The notes below the pieces were generated by a model. The model was not told the origin of the DNA. It worked only from the letters and a program-made list of their open reading frames with translations, and did not search any database. This document shows positions 20,368-28,290 of a stretch of DNA of 64,000 nt, in pieces. Origin of the DNA: a virus (lineage: Duplodnaviria > Heunggongvirae > Uroviricota > Caudoviricetes); the IMG/VR virus record IMGVR_UViG_3300020171_000017, positions 48,685-112,684 of that record; one strand, written 5' to 3'. Position 1 is the stretch's first letter, and each line of letters opens with the position of its first letter. The position numbers were made by a program, and so were the translations under genes.

Positions 20368-20576
20368 TAAAAAATTATATAATAATTGTAATTACGCTGT
20401 TTCTTTTGTTAATAACAGGCTGCGCCAGAGTTATAGTGTTTTATCCTATCGAAAAATCTGATTTTTTTCGTATCACAAAAGATACGAAGGTAGGTAATCT
20501 GACCGCTGAAAAAGATGGCTGGTTCATGAGCGATCTGTACTTAACAGAAGTAGCTGGCGTTAAAAAAGTAAAGTAG
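20364..20576 (+). CDS. o-spanin-like lipoprotein
   Basis: signal peptide + lipobox LITGC. Confidence 0.45.
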   Translation: MIKNYIIIVITLFLLLITGCARVIVFYPIEKSDFFRITKDTKVGNLTAEKDGWFMSDLYLTEVAGVKKVK

Positions 20577-20585
20577 TTACTACAA

Positions 20586-20640
20586 AAACAGCTATATTTT
20601 TATGCATAATATATTAAGCATAATTATATGGCTGTTTTTA
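20586..20640. terminator. bidirectional hairpin terminator between convergent plus and minus gene blocks
   Basis: imperfect inverted repeat AAAAACAGCTATAT...ATATGGCTGTTTTT with T tracts both sides. Confidence 0.35.
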
Positions 20641-21261
20641 TATTTCTATTTCTACTGGTTTATTCACTAACTGATATGCTTCGTTCATTAAGCTAGCGTT
20701 AATGAAAGTAGTATGTTCGTTTTTAAAAATGCCATAGGAAAAATGTATATGGCCAAAAAAATGGAATCGTGGTTTTATGAAGTTAATTCTTTCTAATAAT
20801 CTAGGACAACCAACATTGTTTTTAGTGAAAACTGCATAATCTAAAATCCCGAACGGCGGGCCATGCGTGATAATTATGTCGCTGAATACGGATATTTGAT
20901 CCCAATATTTTGATATCTTATCTCGATCGCACATGAAAAACCAATTCTGGAACTCCGGCGTTATCGGTGATCCCCAGAATTTCAAGCCTCGGATTTCACA
21001 GCCAGAGTTCTCAAGATAAATAGCATTGGTGAGTTGCTTTTGGATAGACTTCATACCGCATTGGAAAGCATATCGATCATGATTGCCGCAAATACAAACC
21101 TTATAGTCAAAAGGTTGTTTCTCTAACCACCGATTAAAACGCCACAAATCTGCCTGGTTCCATATTCCTATGTCTCCGCAAATGATTAATATGTCTGCAG
21201 GCCTTAAGTCTAAAAGATAGTAGTCGCCATGAAGATCGGAAATTATTGTGAGTTTAATCAT
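20638..21261 (-). CDS. calcineurin-like metallophosphoesterase
   Basis: motifs DLHGD, GDIG, GNHD, GHIH in canonical order. Confidence 0.7.
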   Translation of the reverse strand: MIKLTIISDLHGDYYLLDLRPADILIICGDIGIWNQADLWRFNRWLEKQPFDYKVCICGNHDRYAFQCGMKSIQKQLTNAIYLENSGCEIRGLKFWGSPITPEFQNWFFMCDRDKISKYWDQISVFSDIIITHGPPFGILDYAVFTKNNVGCPRLLERINFIKPRFHFFGHIHFSYGIFKNEHTTFINASLMNEAYQLVNKPVEIEI

Positions 21262-21274
21262 TGTAATTTTATAG

Positions 21275-21345
21275 TGGCTATAATTGGAATTAAACCAATA
21301 CTCGAAACTTATGAAACTTTTGTTCTGTCGTTAAACTATATAGCT
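21275..21345 (-). tRNA. tRNA-like gene, weak anticodon stem (loop could read CAU or UCA)
   Basis: acceptor AGCTATA/TATAGCC, perfect T-arm ATTGG-TTTAATT-CCAAT; anticodon stem poorly paired. Confidence 0.3.
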
Positions 21346-21357
21346 GTTGTTGTTATT

Positions 21358-21429
21358 AGCAGAAGTGGGATTCGAACTCACAATAACTTGTTTCTAAAAC
21401 AAGTTCCTTTTCCAATTAGGATATTCTGC
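21358..21429 (-). tRNA. tRNA with anticodon UAG (Leu-decoding) but short variable arm
   Basis: acceptor GCAGAAT, anticodon stem CTTGT/ACAAG, loop TTTAGAA, T-loop TTCGAAT. Confidence 0.5.
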
Positions 21430-21448
21430 TGTTAAATTATAACTTAAA

Positions 21449-21523
21449 CGTGCTCGGAAAGAATTGAACTTTCACATTCCTATTTTAGAAGAATAGTGGC
21501 TTATCCATTTTGCCTACGAGCAC
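21449..21523 (-). tRNA. tRNA-Arg (UCU)
   Basis: acceptor GTGCTCG/CGAGCAC perfect, anticodon stem CTATT/AATAG, loop CTTCTAA, T-arm GAAAG-TTCAATT-CTTTC. Confidence 0.65.
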
Positions 21524-21528
21524 AAATC

Positions 21529-21888
21529 TTAGCAATTAACAAAATCCTCGTCGTCGCTCTCATCTTCCACTAAATCGCGCAATTCGTTTAACGTCGCTCT
21601 TAAAGCTTCTTTATTGCCATAGGCTAACATTCTATCTTCAGCTATATCGTGATCGCACTCTTCTTTACATTCAGGGCATATCGTACCTGGCACTTCTTTG
21701 AATGCTACAAAACTTGCAACGAAACATACATTGTTTTTGTTCGCTTCAGTGTATCTTTCGATTGCGTCAATTATATCTTGTAGTTCTTTACTGATTACCT
21801 CATCGTTCTCGTCTGGCATATTGTCTATCATTTTTTGTTCTCCTAAATATGTTTTGGGTAACAGTTTACCCTGATACTTTTTGCTCAA
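21529..21888 (-). CDS. hypothetical acidic protein
   Basis: 119 aa, CPECKEECDHD motif. Confidence 0.4.
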   Translation of the reverse strand: MSKKYQGKLLPKTYLGEQKMIDNMPDENDEVISKELQDIIDAIERYTEANKNNVCFVASFVAFKEVPGTICPECKEECDHDIAEDRMLAYGNKEALRATLNELRDLVEDESDDEDFVNC

Positions 21889-21938
21889 GTTTATGCGTTT
21901 TGCATATAACCACGACCATAAGTTTTAAATTTTTATTT

Positions 21939-22130
21939 TTAATATACTAAAATTTTCAAAATCCATTCACCGTAAGGATATTCTGGATTAGTTATCCATT
22001 TTTCCTTATATTGTTCTATGAATTTAACTTCATAAGTATGCATCTTTCTAATACTCTGTTTAGCTTTTTCTAATGTCCTATAAACTGTTTTAAGATGCCA
22101 CCCCTCCTCAAAAACTACATATACATACAT
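21939..22130 (-). CDS. hypothetical protein (63 aa)
   Basis: ORF in minus-strand block. Confidence 0.3.
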   Translation of the reverse strand: MYVYVVFEEGWHLKTVYRTLEKAKQSIRKMHTYEVKFIEQYKEKWITNPEYPYGEWILKILVY

Positions 22131-22372
22131 TTAAAATCCTTTCTTTTTAATGCCCAATTAGAATATCAGACTCCAATTATTTTTCGTTGTAGGCGAAGTG
22201 CCATAACCAATTAGGCGAACAGGGCAAAATTTCACGTGCAGAGAGTTAAACTTTGCAACTTAATTAATTTATAGAGCCATTTTTGCAATGATCAATTGCT
22301 ATTCACAACTCAAAAATAAAAAAAGTCAGGCACTCAATTGGTATGCATCCCTTATGCCTACGCTAAATTAAA

Positions 22373-22772
22373 GTGGATCTGGTGGGAATCGAACCCACGT
22401 CCTAAAATATCCAAATATAAAACCCTACATACATAGCTTATTATTTTCACCTTTACATTAATGATTGAATAAGCACGATCATCAATGTGCAAATCTTTAT
22501 TTGATTACTTCTATCGCAAAGATTAATCAATAGAATTAGCATAATAAATGACCTTCTTTAGCTCTTATGCCGAACTGAAGAAGGTGCTTTACCTAAATTT
22601 AGGCAAAGACTGGGTCCCCAGCAAAGATAGGTGCTACAATATCTTCAGCCGAAGCTAATAACCGCTGATTTTCGTCTGCGTTTATTTTTGTGCAAGATTT
22701 TTTACACAGCCAACTTGCGTCTGTGATATGCGTTTTATATTCGACCTATTTCAGTCTAACCCGATCAGACCC
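22373..22772 (-). ncRNA. ssrA: tmRNA-like (ssrA-like) gene, tentative
   Basis: ~400 nt without ORF; 5' GGGTCTG pairs with 3' CAGATCC adjacent to T-arm GTGGG-TTCGATT-CCCAC; internal ...AAAAAUAAAC GCA GAC GAA AAU... resembles canonical resume region, open tag frame ADENQRLL...VFA-UAA. Confidence 0.45.
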
Positions 22773-22801
22773 AAATATATTCAAAGAACAGTGTTAAATA
22801 G

Positions 22802-22888
22802 CTGTGGCGGTTGGATTCGGACCAACAATGAGAATTTCTTCTAATAGCTTAACAGGCTATCCCCTGCAACCAATTCGGGTACACCACA
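22802..22888 (-). tRNA. type-II-like tRNA (87 nt, long variable arm), identity unresolved (anticodon loop CUGUUAA)
   Basis: acceptor TGTGGTG/CGCCACA, anticodon stem ATAGC/GCTAT, variable-arm hairpin AGAA-GAAA-TTCT, T-arm GTTGG-TCCGAAT-CCAAC. Confidence 0.4.
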
Positions 22889-22893
22889 ATATC

Positions 22894-23124
22894 TTATTTT
22901 TTTCTATCTTCCATTAATTCACCAATAAACAATATTATATCACTTAAACAATCTTTATTCCAAATAGTATCATAATTTGGAAAGAATGCGTAACATCTCC
23001 AATTCACGTACCATTTTATAATCCCTAACCGATCACTGTGCATCTTCGACACCACTTCATAAACATTTGTTTTTTCTTTCTTCTCTAAAAGATTAAATGT
23101 TAAGTATTTTGATTGCATATTCAT
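22894..23124 (-). CDS. hypothetical protein (76 aa)
   Basis: small ORF, minus-strand operon. Confidence 0.3.
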   Translation of the reverse strand: MNMQSKYLTFNLLEKKEKTNVYEVVSKMHSDRLGIIKWYVNWRCYAFFPNYDTIWNKDCLSDIILFIGELMEDRKK

Positions 23125-23345
23125 CTCCGTTTAATATCAGAATAATAATAAATATCAATAAGCATAGCAACTACTGTGTAATATAATTCTTCTTGTGTGT
23201 TTATATCTAATTTTTTAAAAATATGTTTGAGGTTCTCTCTAGTATATTTTGGGATAGCACACAAATTGTCTATGGCATCAATATCTTCATATTTAATTTT
23301 TAATAATTTATGCACATAATTCCAATCTTTGAATTTTTTCTTCAT
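23121..23345 (-). CDS. hypothetical protein (74 aa)
   Basis: start/stop overlap with downstream gene. Confidence 0.3.
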   Translation of the reverse strand: MKKKFKDWNYVHKLLKIKYEDIDAIDNLCAIPKYTRENLKHIFKKLDINTQEELYYTVVAMLIDIYYYSDIKRR

Positions 23346-23359
23346 ATATCTTTTATTCT

Positions 23360-23436
23360 TGGTGCCACGACTCAGTGTCGAGCTGAGATCTCTGCGCCTT
23401 CAACGCAGCACTTTTGACCAGTTAAGTTATCGTGGC
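23360..23436 (-). tRNA. tRNA-Phe (GAA), CCA encoded
   Basis: acceptor GCCACGA/TCGTGGC-A-CCA, D-stem ACTT/AAGT, anticodon stem CTGCG/CGCAG loop TTGAAGG, T-stem CTCAG/CTGAG. Confidence 0.7.
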
Positions 23437-23715
23437 GTACATCTTATCAATTACCAACTGCATCTTCTGCCTCACAGAAGCGTTATCAGTTACTAAAACT
23501 ATTTCTTCAGGCAGATATTGTTGGTTTTGCTCTAACCAACAAAGTATATCATAACCTGTATATTCTTTGCCGTTATAGAAATCAGCCAAATCATGATCTA
23601 AGAGAAGGAGATTATATGGTTGTGATTGCAACGCCAATACGCCCTCAATATAAGACCTTGCTGTATGGGTCGCTACTTCTAAATTTCTTTTGTCATCAAT
23701 TAATAGTATGTTCAT
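23422..23715 (-). CDS. stand-alone response-regulator receiver (CheY-like) domain protein
   Basis: MNILLIDDKRN...LLLLDHDL...GYDIL pattern typical of REC domains; 97 aa. Confidence 0.45.
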   Translation of the reverse strand: MNILLIDDKRNLEVATHTARSYIEGVLALQSQPYNLLLLDHDLADFYNGKEYTGYDILCWLEQNQQYLPEEIVLVTDNASVRQKMQLVIDKMYATIT

Positions 23716-23745
23716 TTTTTATACAACTCCTTGTATGGTTTTAAA

Positions 23746-23817
23746 AGCCCCAATCGGGATTTGAACCCGAACCTTCTCGGTGGAAACGAGATATGCTGCC
23801 AAAAACACTTTTGGGGC
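23746..23817 (-). tRNA. tRNA-Gly (UCC)
   Basis: acceptor GCCCCAA/TTGGGGC, anticodon stem TCTCG/CGAGA loop TTTCCAC, T-loop TTCAAAT. Confidence 0.7.
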
Positions 23818-23833
23818 GTTGTTATTCTTTTAA

Positions 23834-23905
23834 AGCCCCCTGACAGATGTGCGCTGTCCTGTCAAGTTTACAAAACTTGTCCTTCGCTGTCTAAGGTTAG
23901 GGGGC
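23834..23905 (-). tRNA. tRNA-Thr (UGU)
   Basis: acceptor GCCCCCT/AGGGGGC perfect, anticodon stem CAAGT/ACTTG loop TTTGTAA, T-stem GACAG/CTGTC. Confidence 0.65.
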
Positions 23906-23924
23906 AGTCTTAACTTAATATCAG

Positions 23925-23995
23925 AGCCAAAGACGAGAATTAAACTCGTGCCTGAACATTGGCAATGTTCGATACTATCACTATACGACTTTGGC
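23925..23995 (-). tRNA. tRNA-Gly (GCC)
   Basis: acceptor GCCAAAG/CTTTGGC, anticodon stem GAACA/TGTTC loop TTGCCAA, T-arm ACGAG-TTTAATT-CTCGT. Confidence 0.6.
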
Positions 23996-24140
23996 ATATA
24001 TTCAGTCGAGCAGTACGATTCACACGTAACTTTTTGCACTACGGCAAACTTGCTGTATCTATTACCCTAATGCCTTGAGCCAATTCCCGGGATGCTCGGC
24101 ACCTACTCTTATAGATTTACAACACTGCTCGGATTTTCAG

Positions 24141-24214
24141 TGGAGCTGGAGCGAGTTGAACGCTCACTTATATTGATTGCAAAGCAATTGCCTTCCCAAT
24201 TAGGCAACAGCCCC
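24141..24214 (-). tRNA. tRNA-Ala (UGC), probable
   Basis: acceptor GGGGCTG/CAGCTCC (G3-U70 wobble), D-arm GCCT-AATTGGGA-AGGC, loop TTTGCAA, T-arm GAGCG-TTCAACT-CGCTC. Confidence 0.5.
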
Positions 24215-24218
24215 ATAT

Positions 24219-24692
24219 TCATTCATTTTCAATTATATGATACACAACTTCTTTACCTAATTTTCTAGCTTCTTTCGCTGTCCAACATGCACCAGATTTC
24301 ATATGATCATTAGTATGACAATGGTAACATTTATTAAATCGCATGCCATTATATCCTTTAGGATATTTATCAACTAAAATTACATGTAATATGTCTGAAT
24401 CTTTAGCAATATCTAAATTACGTTGTTTAAAACCATATTCAGCGTCCCAAATATTTTGTTTTGGGATTTTAAGATCTAATAAAAATCCAAGCCGCTTCGA
24501 TTCTTCTTCCCCATAAATGTCTATACCACCTACAGGTGAATGACCTGAAACAAAATAAATAGGTTCTATTTTTTTATTTTTTAAACAATTTAAAGAAAAA
24601 TCAATTAAAATACTTGTGAGTAATTCTTTAGCTTCTATTTTACTTTTTTCAGTGAATTTATCCTCACCATGACCTATTATGCCTATTTTCAT
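24219..24692 (-). CDS. Rossmann-fold protein (SLOG/LOG/DprA-like?), function unknown
   Basis: MKIGIIGHGED...YFVSGHSPVGGIDIYGEE pattern. Confidence 0.35.
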   Translation of the reverse strand: MKIGIIGHGEDKFTEKSKIEAKELLTSILIDFSLNCLKNKKIEPIYFVSGHSPVGGIDIYGEEESKRLGFLLDLKIPKQNIWDAEYGFKQRNLDIAKDSDILHVILVDKYPKGYNGMRFNKCYHCHTNDHMKSGACWTAKEARKLGKEVVYHIIENE

Positions 24693-24706
24693 AGTTCCTT
24701 TCTTAG

Positions 24707-24789
24707 TGCGTGCTGATGGATTTAAACCACCGAATCCCGAAGGAACCCGCTCTACAGGCGAGTGCGATTAGTCTCTCTGCCAAGCACGC
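24707..24789 (-). tRNA. tRNA-Tyr (GUA), type II
   Basis: acceptor GCGTGCT/AGCACGC, anticodon loop CTGTAGA, long variable arm TCC-TTCG-GGA, T-stem GGTGG/CCATC. Confidence 0.65.
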
Positions 24790-24798
24790 ATAATTTTT

Positions 24799-24872
24799 GG
24801 GTGGATAACGAGAAATCGAACTCGCTCCTAAAGAGCCACAATCTTCCGTGCATCCTCTACACTATATCCACC
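24799..24872 (-). tRNA. tRNA-His (GUG) with encoded G-1
   Basis: G-1 opposite discriminator C73, acceptor GTGGATA/TATCCAC, anticodon stem GAAGA/TCTTT loop TTGTGGC; T-arm slightly atypical. Confidence 0.6.
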
Positions 24873-24877
24873 ATATT

Positions 24878-25396
24878 TTATTCATTCTCAATCCCCAAGT
24901 ATTTGCACCACAATTCGTGAATAAATCCTAACTTCATTTTTAAGATCATCTTAAACCCATGTGGTTTAGTTGGTATTTTTAACAACTTCATACCTGCTTC
25001 TTTTGGTGTTCTATTATCTTTAATACCATTACAAATATTACATGCCGTCGTACAATTTTCCCAAGTTGTTTTCCCGCCCTGAGATTCTGGCAAAACATGG
25101 TCTATAGTCAATTTTCTAGGCTCGAATTTCACGCCGCAATACGAACAAGTAAAATTATCGCGAATATGTATATTATGTTTTGAGTAAGAAACAAAAGCTA
25201 TTTTTTCAAACGCTACTCGCACATATCGTTTCAATCTTATGACTGCAGGAATTTTCATAGTAAGTGAAACACTATGTACCTCCTGCTCATAAGAGGACTC
25301 AAGAATAGCTTTTTCTAAATAAATTAAATTAATAGATGATTGCCAACTACAAAACCCAAGGAACGTAAAATCTTGATTCAAAATTAAGACACGCAC
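24878..25396 (-). CDS. HNH endonuclease
   Basis: CSYCGVKFEPRKLTIDHVLPESQGGKTTWENCTTACNICNGIKDNR = HNH/McrA-type motif. Confidence 0.65.
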   Translation of the reverse strand: MRVLILNQDFTFLGFCSWQSSINLIYLEKAILESSYEQEVHSVSLTMKIPAVIRLKRYVRVAFEKIAFVSYSKHNIHIRDNFTCSYCGVKFEPRKLTIDHVLPESQGGKTTWENCTTACNICNGIKDNRTPKEAGMKLLKIPTKPHGFKMILKMKLGFIHELWCKYLGIENE

Positions 25397-25399
25397 TTC

Positions 25400-26155
25400 T
25401 TACCCTTTCCTTTCTTTCCAAAACTCTTCTAATAACTCTATTTGTAATTTATTTATCGCTTCTTGATCAGCACCATATTGTAAATCTGATTGCACATATG
25501 CCAAATCAACTAATTTCTCTATCTCTTCAGCTTTATTCAATACCCAAGTCAAATCATATTTACCTAATTTCACATCCCGTACTAAATTATGCTGCGGTAA
25601 TGGAAATGTTAAAGCCTTTTCAGTTAATAATTGGAGACATTCTAACAAAAGCCTAATCAAATGGGATCCGAACTTAACATCATATCCAAACTTTAATGCT
25701 AATTCTTTTCTACCTGTCATATTATCACGTTTAATTTCTAACTTTTCTCTTTGCGAATACGAGTATCCTTTAAAAGTATGATACGCTTTTTTAGACAAAA
25801 ACAAATGCCTATTCTCAATCAATTTATTAGCAAACTTATCTCTATATAATACGCAATTTTCTGGTACATAAAGGAACTCTATAACATTGGGATTATTTGC
25901 CATTGCTAATGGTATAAATTTCGTTAACGCATAGACCATATAATCAGTATCGCCTTTTTGATTACGAACCGATTTAGAAATCTTCTCAGACAACTCAACT
26001 TGTTCTACATTTTTAATACCTAGTACATAGTCTTTATCAGGTATGAATATGCCGCCTAAATCTTCGTCTGAAGTTTCTGTTCTCGTCCCATATAAATTCG
26101 AGCCGATTCTGATTTTATATATCGTATTTCGTAACGCCATATCTCGTTCTTGCAT
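25400..26155 (-). CDS. Pol-beta-superfamily nucleotidyltransferase
   Basis: IGSNLYGTRTETSDEDLGGIF = GS-x10-SD-x-D NTase signature followed by ~150-aa helical domain. Confidence 0.55.
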   Translation of the reverse strand: MQERDMALRNTIYKIRIGSNLYGTRTETSDEDLGGIFIPDKDYVLGIKNVEQVELSEKISKSVRNQKGDTDYMVYALTKFIPLAMANNPNVIEFLYVPENCVLYRDKFANKLIENRHLFLSKKAYHTFKGYSYSQREKLEIKRDNMTGRKELALKFGYDVKFGSHLIRLLLECLQLLTEKALTFPLPQHNLVRDVKLGKYDLTWVLNKAEEIEKLVDLAYVQSDLQYGADQEAINKLQIELLEEFWKERKG

Positions 26156-26172
26156 GTTTATAATCCTTTTAG

Positions 26173-26258
26173 TTAGGCGAGGCAGAGTCGAACTGCCGTT
26201 TCCACCCCTACAAGTTGCAACTTTACGGGTGACGACTTACCGTTAGTCGATCAGCCTA
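26173..26258 (-). tRNA. tRNA-like gene, type-II size, unusual expanded anticodon region
   Basis: T-arm GGCAG-TTCGACT-CTGCC, acceptor AGGC(T)GA/TCGCCT with one bulge, D-arm CGAC-TAACGGTAA-GTCG; stem CACCC/GGGTG encloses 19 nt containing palindrome AAGTTGCAACTT. Confidence 0.4.
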
Positions 26259-26266
26259 AATTTTTA

Positions 26267-26341
26267 TCGGCACAGGAAGACTCGAACTTCCACTATTCAT
26301 CGCCCCAAACGATGCGGTCTACCAATTTGACCAATGTGCCG
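26267..26341 (-). tRNA. tRNA-Pro (UGG)
   Basis: C1-G72 acceptor CGGCACA/TGTGCCG, D-arm GGTC-AAATTGGTA-GACC, anticodon stem CATCG/CGATG loop TTTGGGG, T-arm GGAAG-TTCGAGT-CTTCC. Confidence 0.7.
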
Positions 26342-26686
26342 TTATATCTTTTTATTTCTTCCTAATTTTTTATCAATTTCTAACCTATCAAAACCGTAAT
26401 ATTTATCACCCTTAATAAATGAAGTAGAATTCGATAGATAGACAAGAGAAGATAATAAACTACGTAATTCACAAAATAAACCTTCACTTATATCAAGTTT
26501 TTTACCAATATCAGATTTATCTAAAAATATCTTTAAAGTATTTACAATCACTCTAAATCTTTCTTCAGTTTTAATAGGCAGTACAAATGCCTCATCTATA
26601 GCGTAACCTAGTGCATGAATCTCTTCTGCCTCATCTTTATCGAGTTTCTCACTATCAATATGAATTAATCTAACCTCATCTTTCAT
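26342..26686 (-). CDS. hypothetical protein (114 aa)
   Basis: ORF ends one base from tRNA-Pro; minus-strand operon. Confidence 0.4.
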   Translation of the reverse strand: MKDEVRLIHIDSEKLDKDEAEEIHALGYAIDEAFVLPIKTEERFRVIVNTLKIFLDKSDIGKKLDISEGLFCELRSLLSSLVYLSNSTSFIKGDKYYGFDRLEIDKKLGRNKKI

Positions 26687-26710
26687 TTCTTCATCTCCAT
26701 TTAAAGTAGT

Positions 26711-28288
26711 TCATAATTTATCTTTATTCTGTTCTCTAAATTCTTTCAATTCCTTATCCCGCCTTTCTTCGATTTCTTTAGGAAAGCCACGATTTAAACA
26801 TCTTGGGCAAGCAGCTTCTTTTGTTTTGTTTTTAGGGTCTTGCGTAGTTTGAATATAACCACTACATATTATAACTTCATCCGCAATATAATTTTTGCAC
26901 AATTTTCTAGAAACATAATAACTACACTTTTCCCAATCTTCTTTTTTCATTTTTTCATCTCCATTTTTTTCTTCTACCCACTTCAGATACACTTCTTCAT
27001 TCTCACCTAACTTCAGTTCACCATTAATCACTGCATTTAGCACCATCTCTTTAATCTCACCTACCTGCCTTACCTGACCGAGATTAAAATATCGCATAAT
27101 GGCGTTACCATTTAAGGGCGATTTTGGTGATTCTTTAAAGTTTCGTTGTTCTTCAATACGGCGTTTGAGATCCATGAGAGAATCTAAATGCTTTTTGATT
27201 GAAACGGGATTGTGAGAAGTTATGTCACTTTCACTCAATTGCAATAATTTTCCACAATATTCTCCAGTTTCAAAAATAAAACGCCTAACAGCACTATCTG
27301 AAAAAGATTCGGTGTACGTATTAACACGCATATGATTTTTCACCAGGTATGTGATATCTTTTATCATTTTAGTTGGTAGACCTAATCGCTGTAAGATTGA
27401 GTAAGTCATCCGAGATCCGATTTCATCGTGATCATAAAAATGTATTTTACCATTCTCATTAGAGAAGGTACATTGCTTTCCAATATCGTGAAATAATGCA
27501 CTAAAACGAAGTACTAAATCTTTTGGAGTATTCTTTACAACATCAATTGTATGGAGTAAAGCATCTTTATGGTGAAACTCACTTTCTTGTTTTATAGATT
27601 TTAATGCTACTAATTCAGGTATAAAATAATTTATAAGCCGATACTCAAATAAATCATTGAGAGCAAGATCGACATTATCGGTCATTAATATTTTGTTTAC
27701 TTCGTCTAAAATCCTTTCTTTTGGCAAAATTAACAAACGTTTTGCGCATGATTTTAATGCCATTTTCACTTCTTCACTATATTCAAAACCTAACTTCGCT
27801 CGAAAGCGCACGGCGCGGATTAATCTTAACGGATCGTCAGCGAAAGATTTTCCTGCCTGTATAGGTGTAGAAATTATTTTATTCTTAAGGTGCTCTACGC
27901 CCCCAAATAAATCCTTGATTTCCCTCTTACTATCTAAGCACAAACAATTAATTGTGAAATCCCTTCTATGCAGATCATCCTCTATTGTTTGTCCCCACTC
28001 GACTACGGGGTTCCTATTACTTCGTTGATAAGATATATCCCGCCTATATGTCGTGCACTCCACCTTATATCCATCCACTATCGCACCTACAGTCCCGAAC
28101 GCTATGCCTACGGTGTAAGTTTTATACCCCGCCTTCTGCAATATCTCTAAAGTAACTTCAGGCACGCAGGAAACCGCGAAATCTAAATCTTGAGTTTCGA
28201 GACCTAAAAGTTGATCCCTGCACGCACCGCCGACTAAATATATAGAGTGACCATTCTTACTAAATAACTCAAATATTTTATTTTTCAT
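26711..28288 (-). CDS. cca: tRNA nucleotidyltransferase (CCA-adding enzyme) with HD phosphohydrolase domain
   Basis: GGACRDQLLGLETQDLDFAV head motif; HD motif HHKDALLHT...FSALFHDIGK; 525 aa. Confidence 0.8.
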   Translation of the reverse strand: MKNKIFELFSKNGHSIYLVGGACRDQLLGLETQDLDFAVSCVPEVTLEILQKAGYKTYTVGIAFGTVGAIVDGYKVECTTYRRDISYQRSNRNPVVEWGQTIEDDLHRRDFTINCLCLDSKREIKDLFGGVEHLKNKIISTPIQAGKSFADDPLRLIRAVRFRAKLGFEYSEEVKMALKSCAKRLLILPKERILDEVNKILMTDNVDLALNDLFEYRLINYFIPELVALKSIKQESEFHHKDALLHTIDVVKNTPKDLVLRFSALFHDIGKQCTFSNENGKIHFYDHDEIGSRMTYSILQRLGLPTKMIKDITYLVKNHMRVNTYTESFSDSAVRRFIFETGEYCGKLLQLSESDITSHNPVSIKKHLDSLMDLKRRIEEQRNFKESPKSPLNGNAIMRYFNLGQVRQVGEIKEMVLNAVINGELKLGENEEVYLKWVEEKNGDEKMKKEDWEKCSYYVSRKLCKNYIADEVIICSGYIQTTQDPKNKTKEAACPRCLNRGFPKEIEERRDKELKEFREQNKDKL

Positions 28289-28290
28289 TT

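Noticed and set aside
22561-22760. Separate small tRNAs inside the tmRNA-like span
   Set aside because: No additional T-arm/acceptor pairs found inside; the only complementary acceptor for the 3' T-arm lies ~400 nt away, favouring a single tmRNA-like molecule
23731-24070. Three tracked ORFs (23731..23913 +, 23830..24039 -, 23849..24070 +)
   Set aside because: They lie across the tRNA-Gly/Thr/Gly genes; tRNA folds are far better supported than these RBS-less ORFs
26043-26246. 67-aa plus-strand ORF
   Set aside because: Overlaps the start of the NTase gene and a tRNA-like gene on the opposite strand
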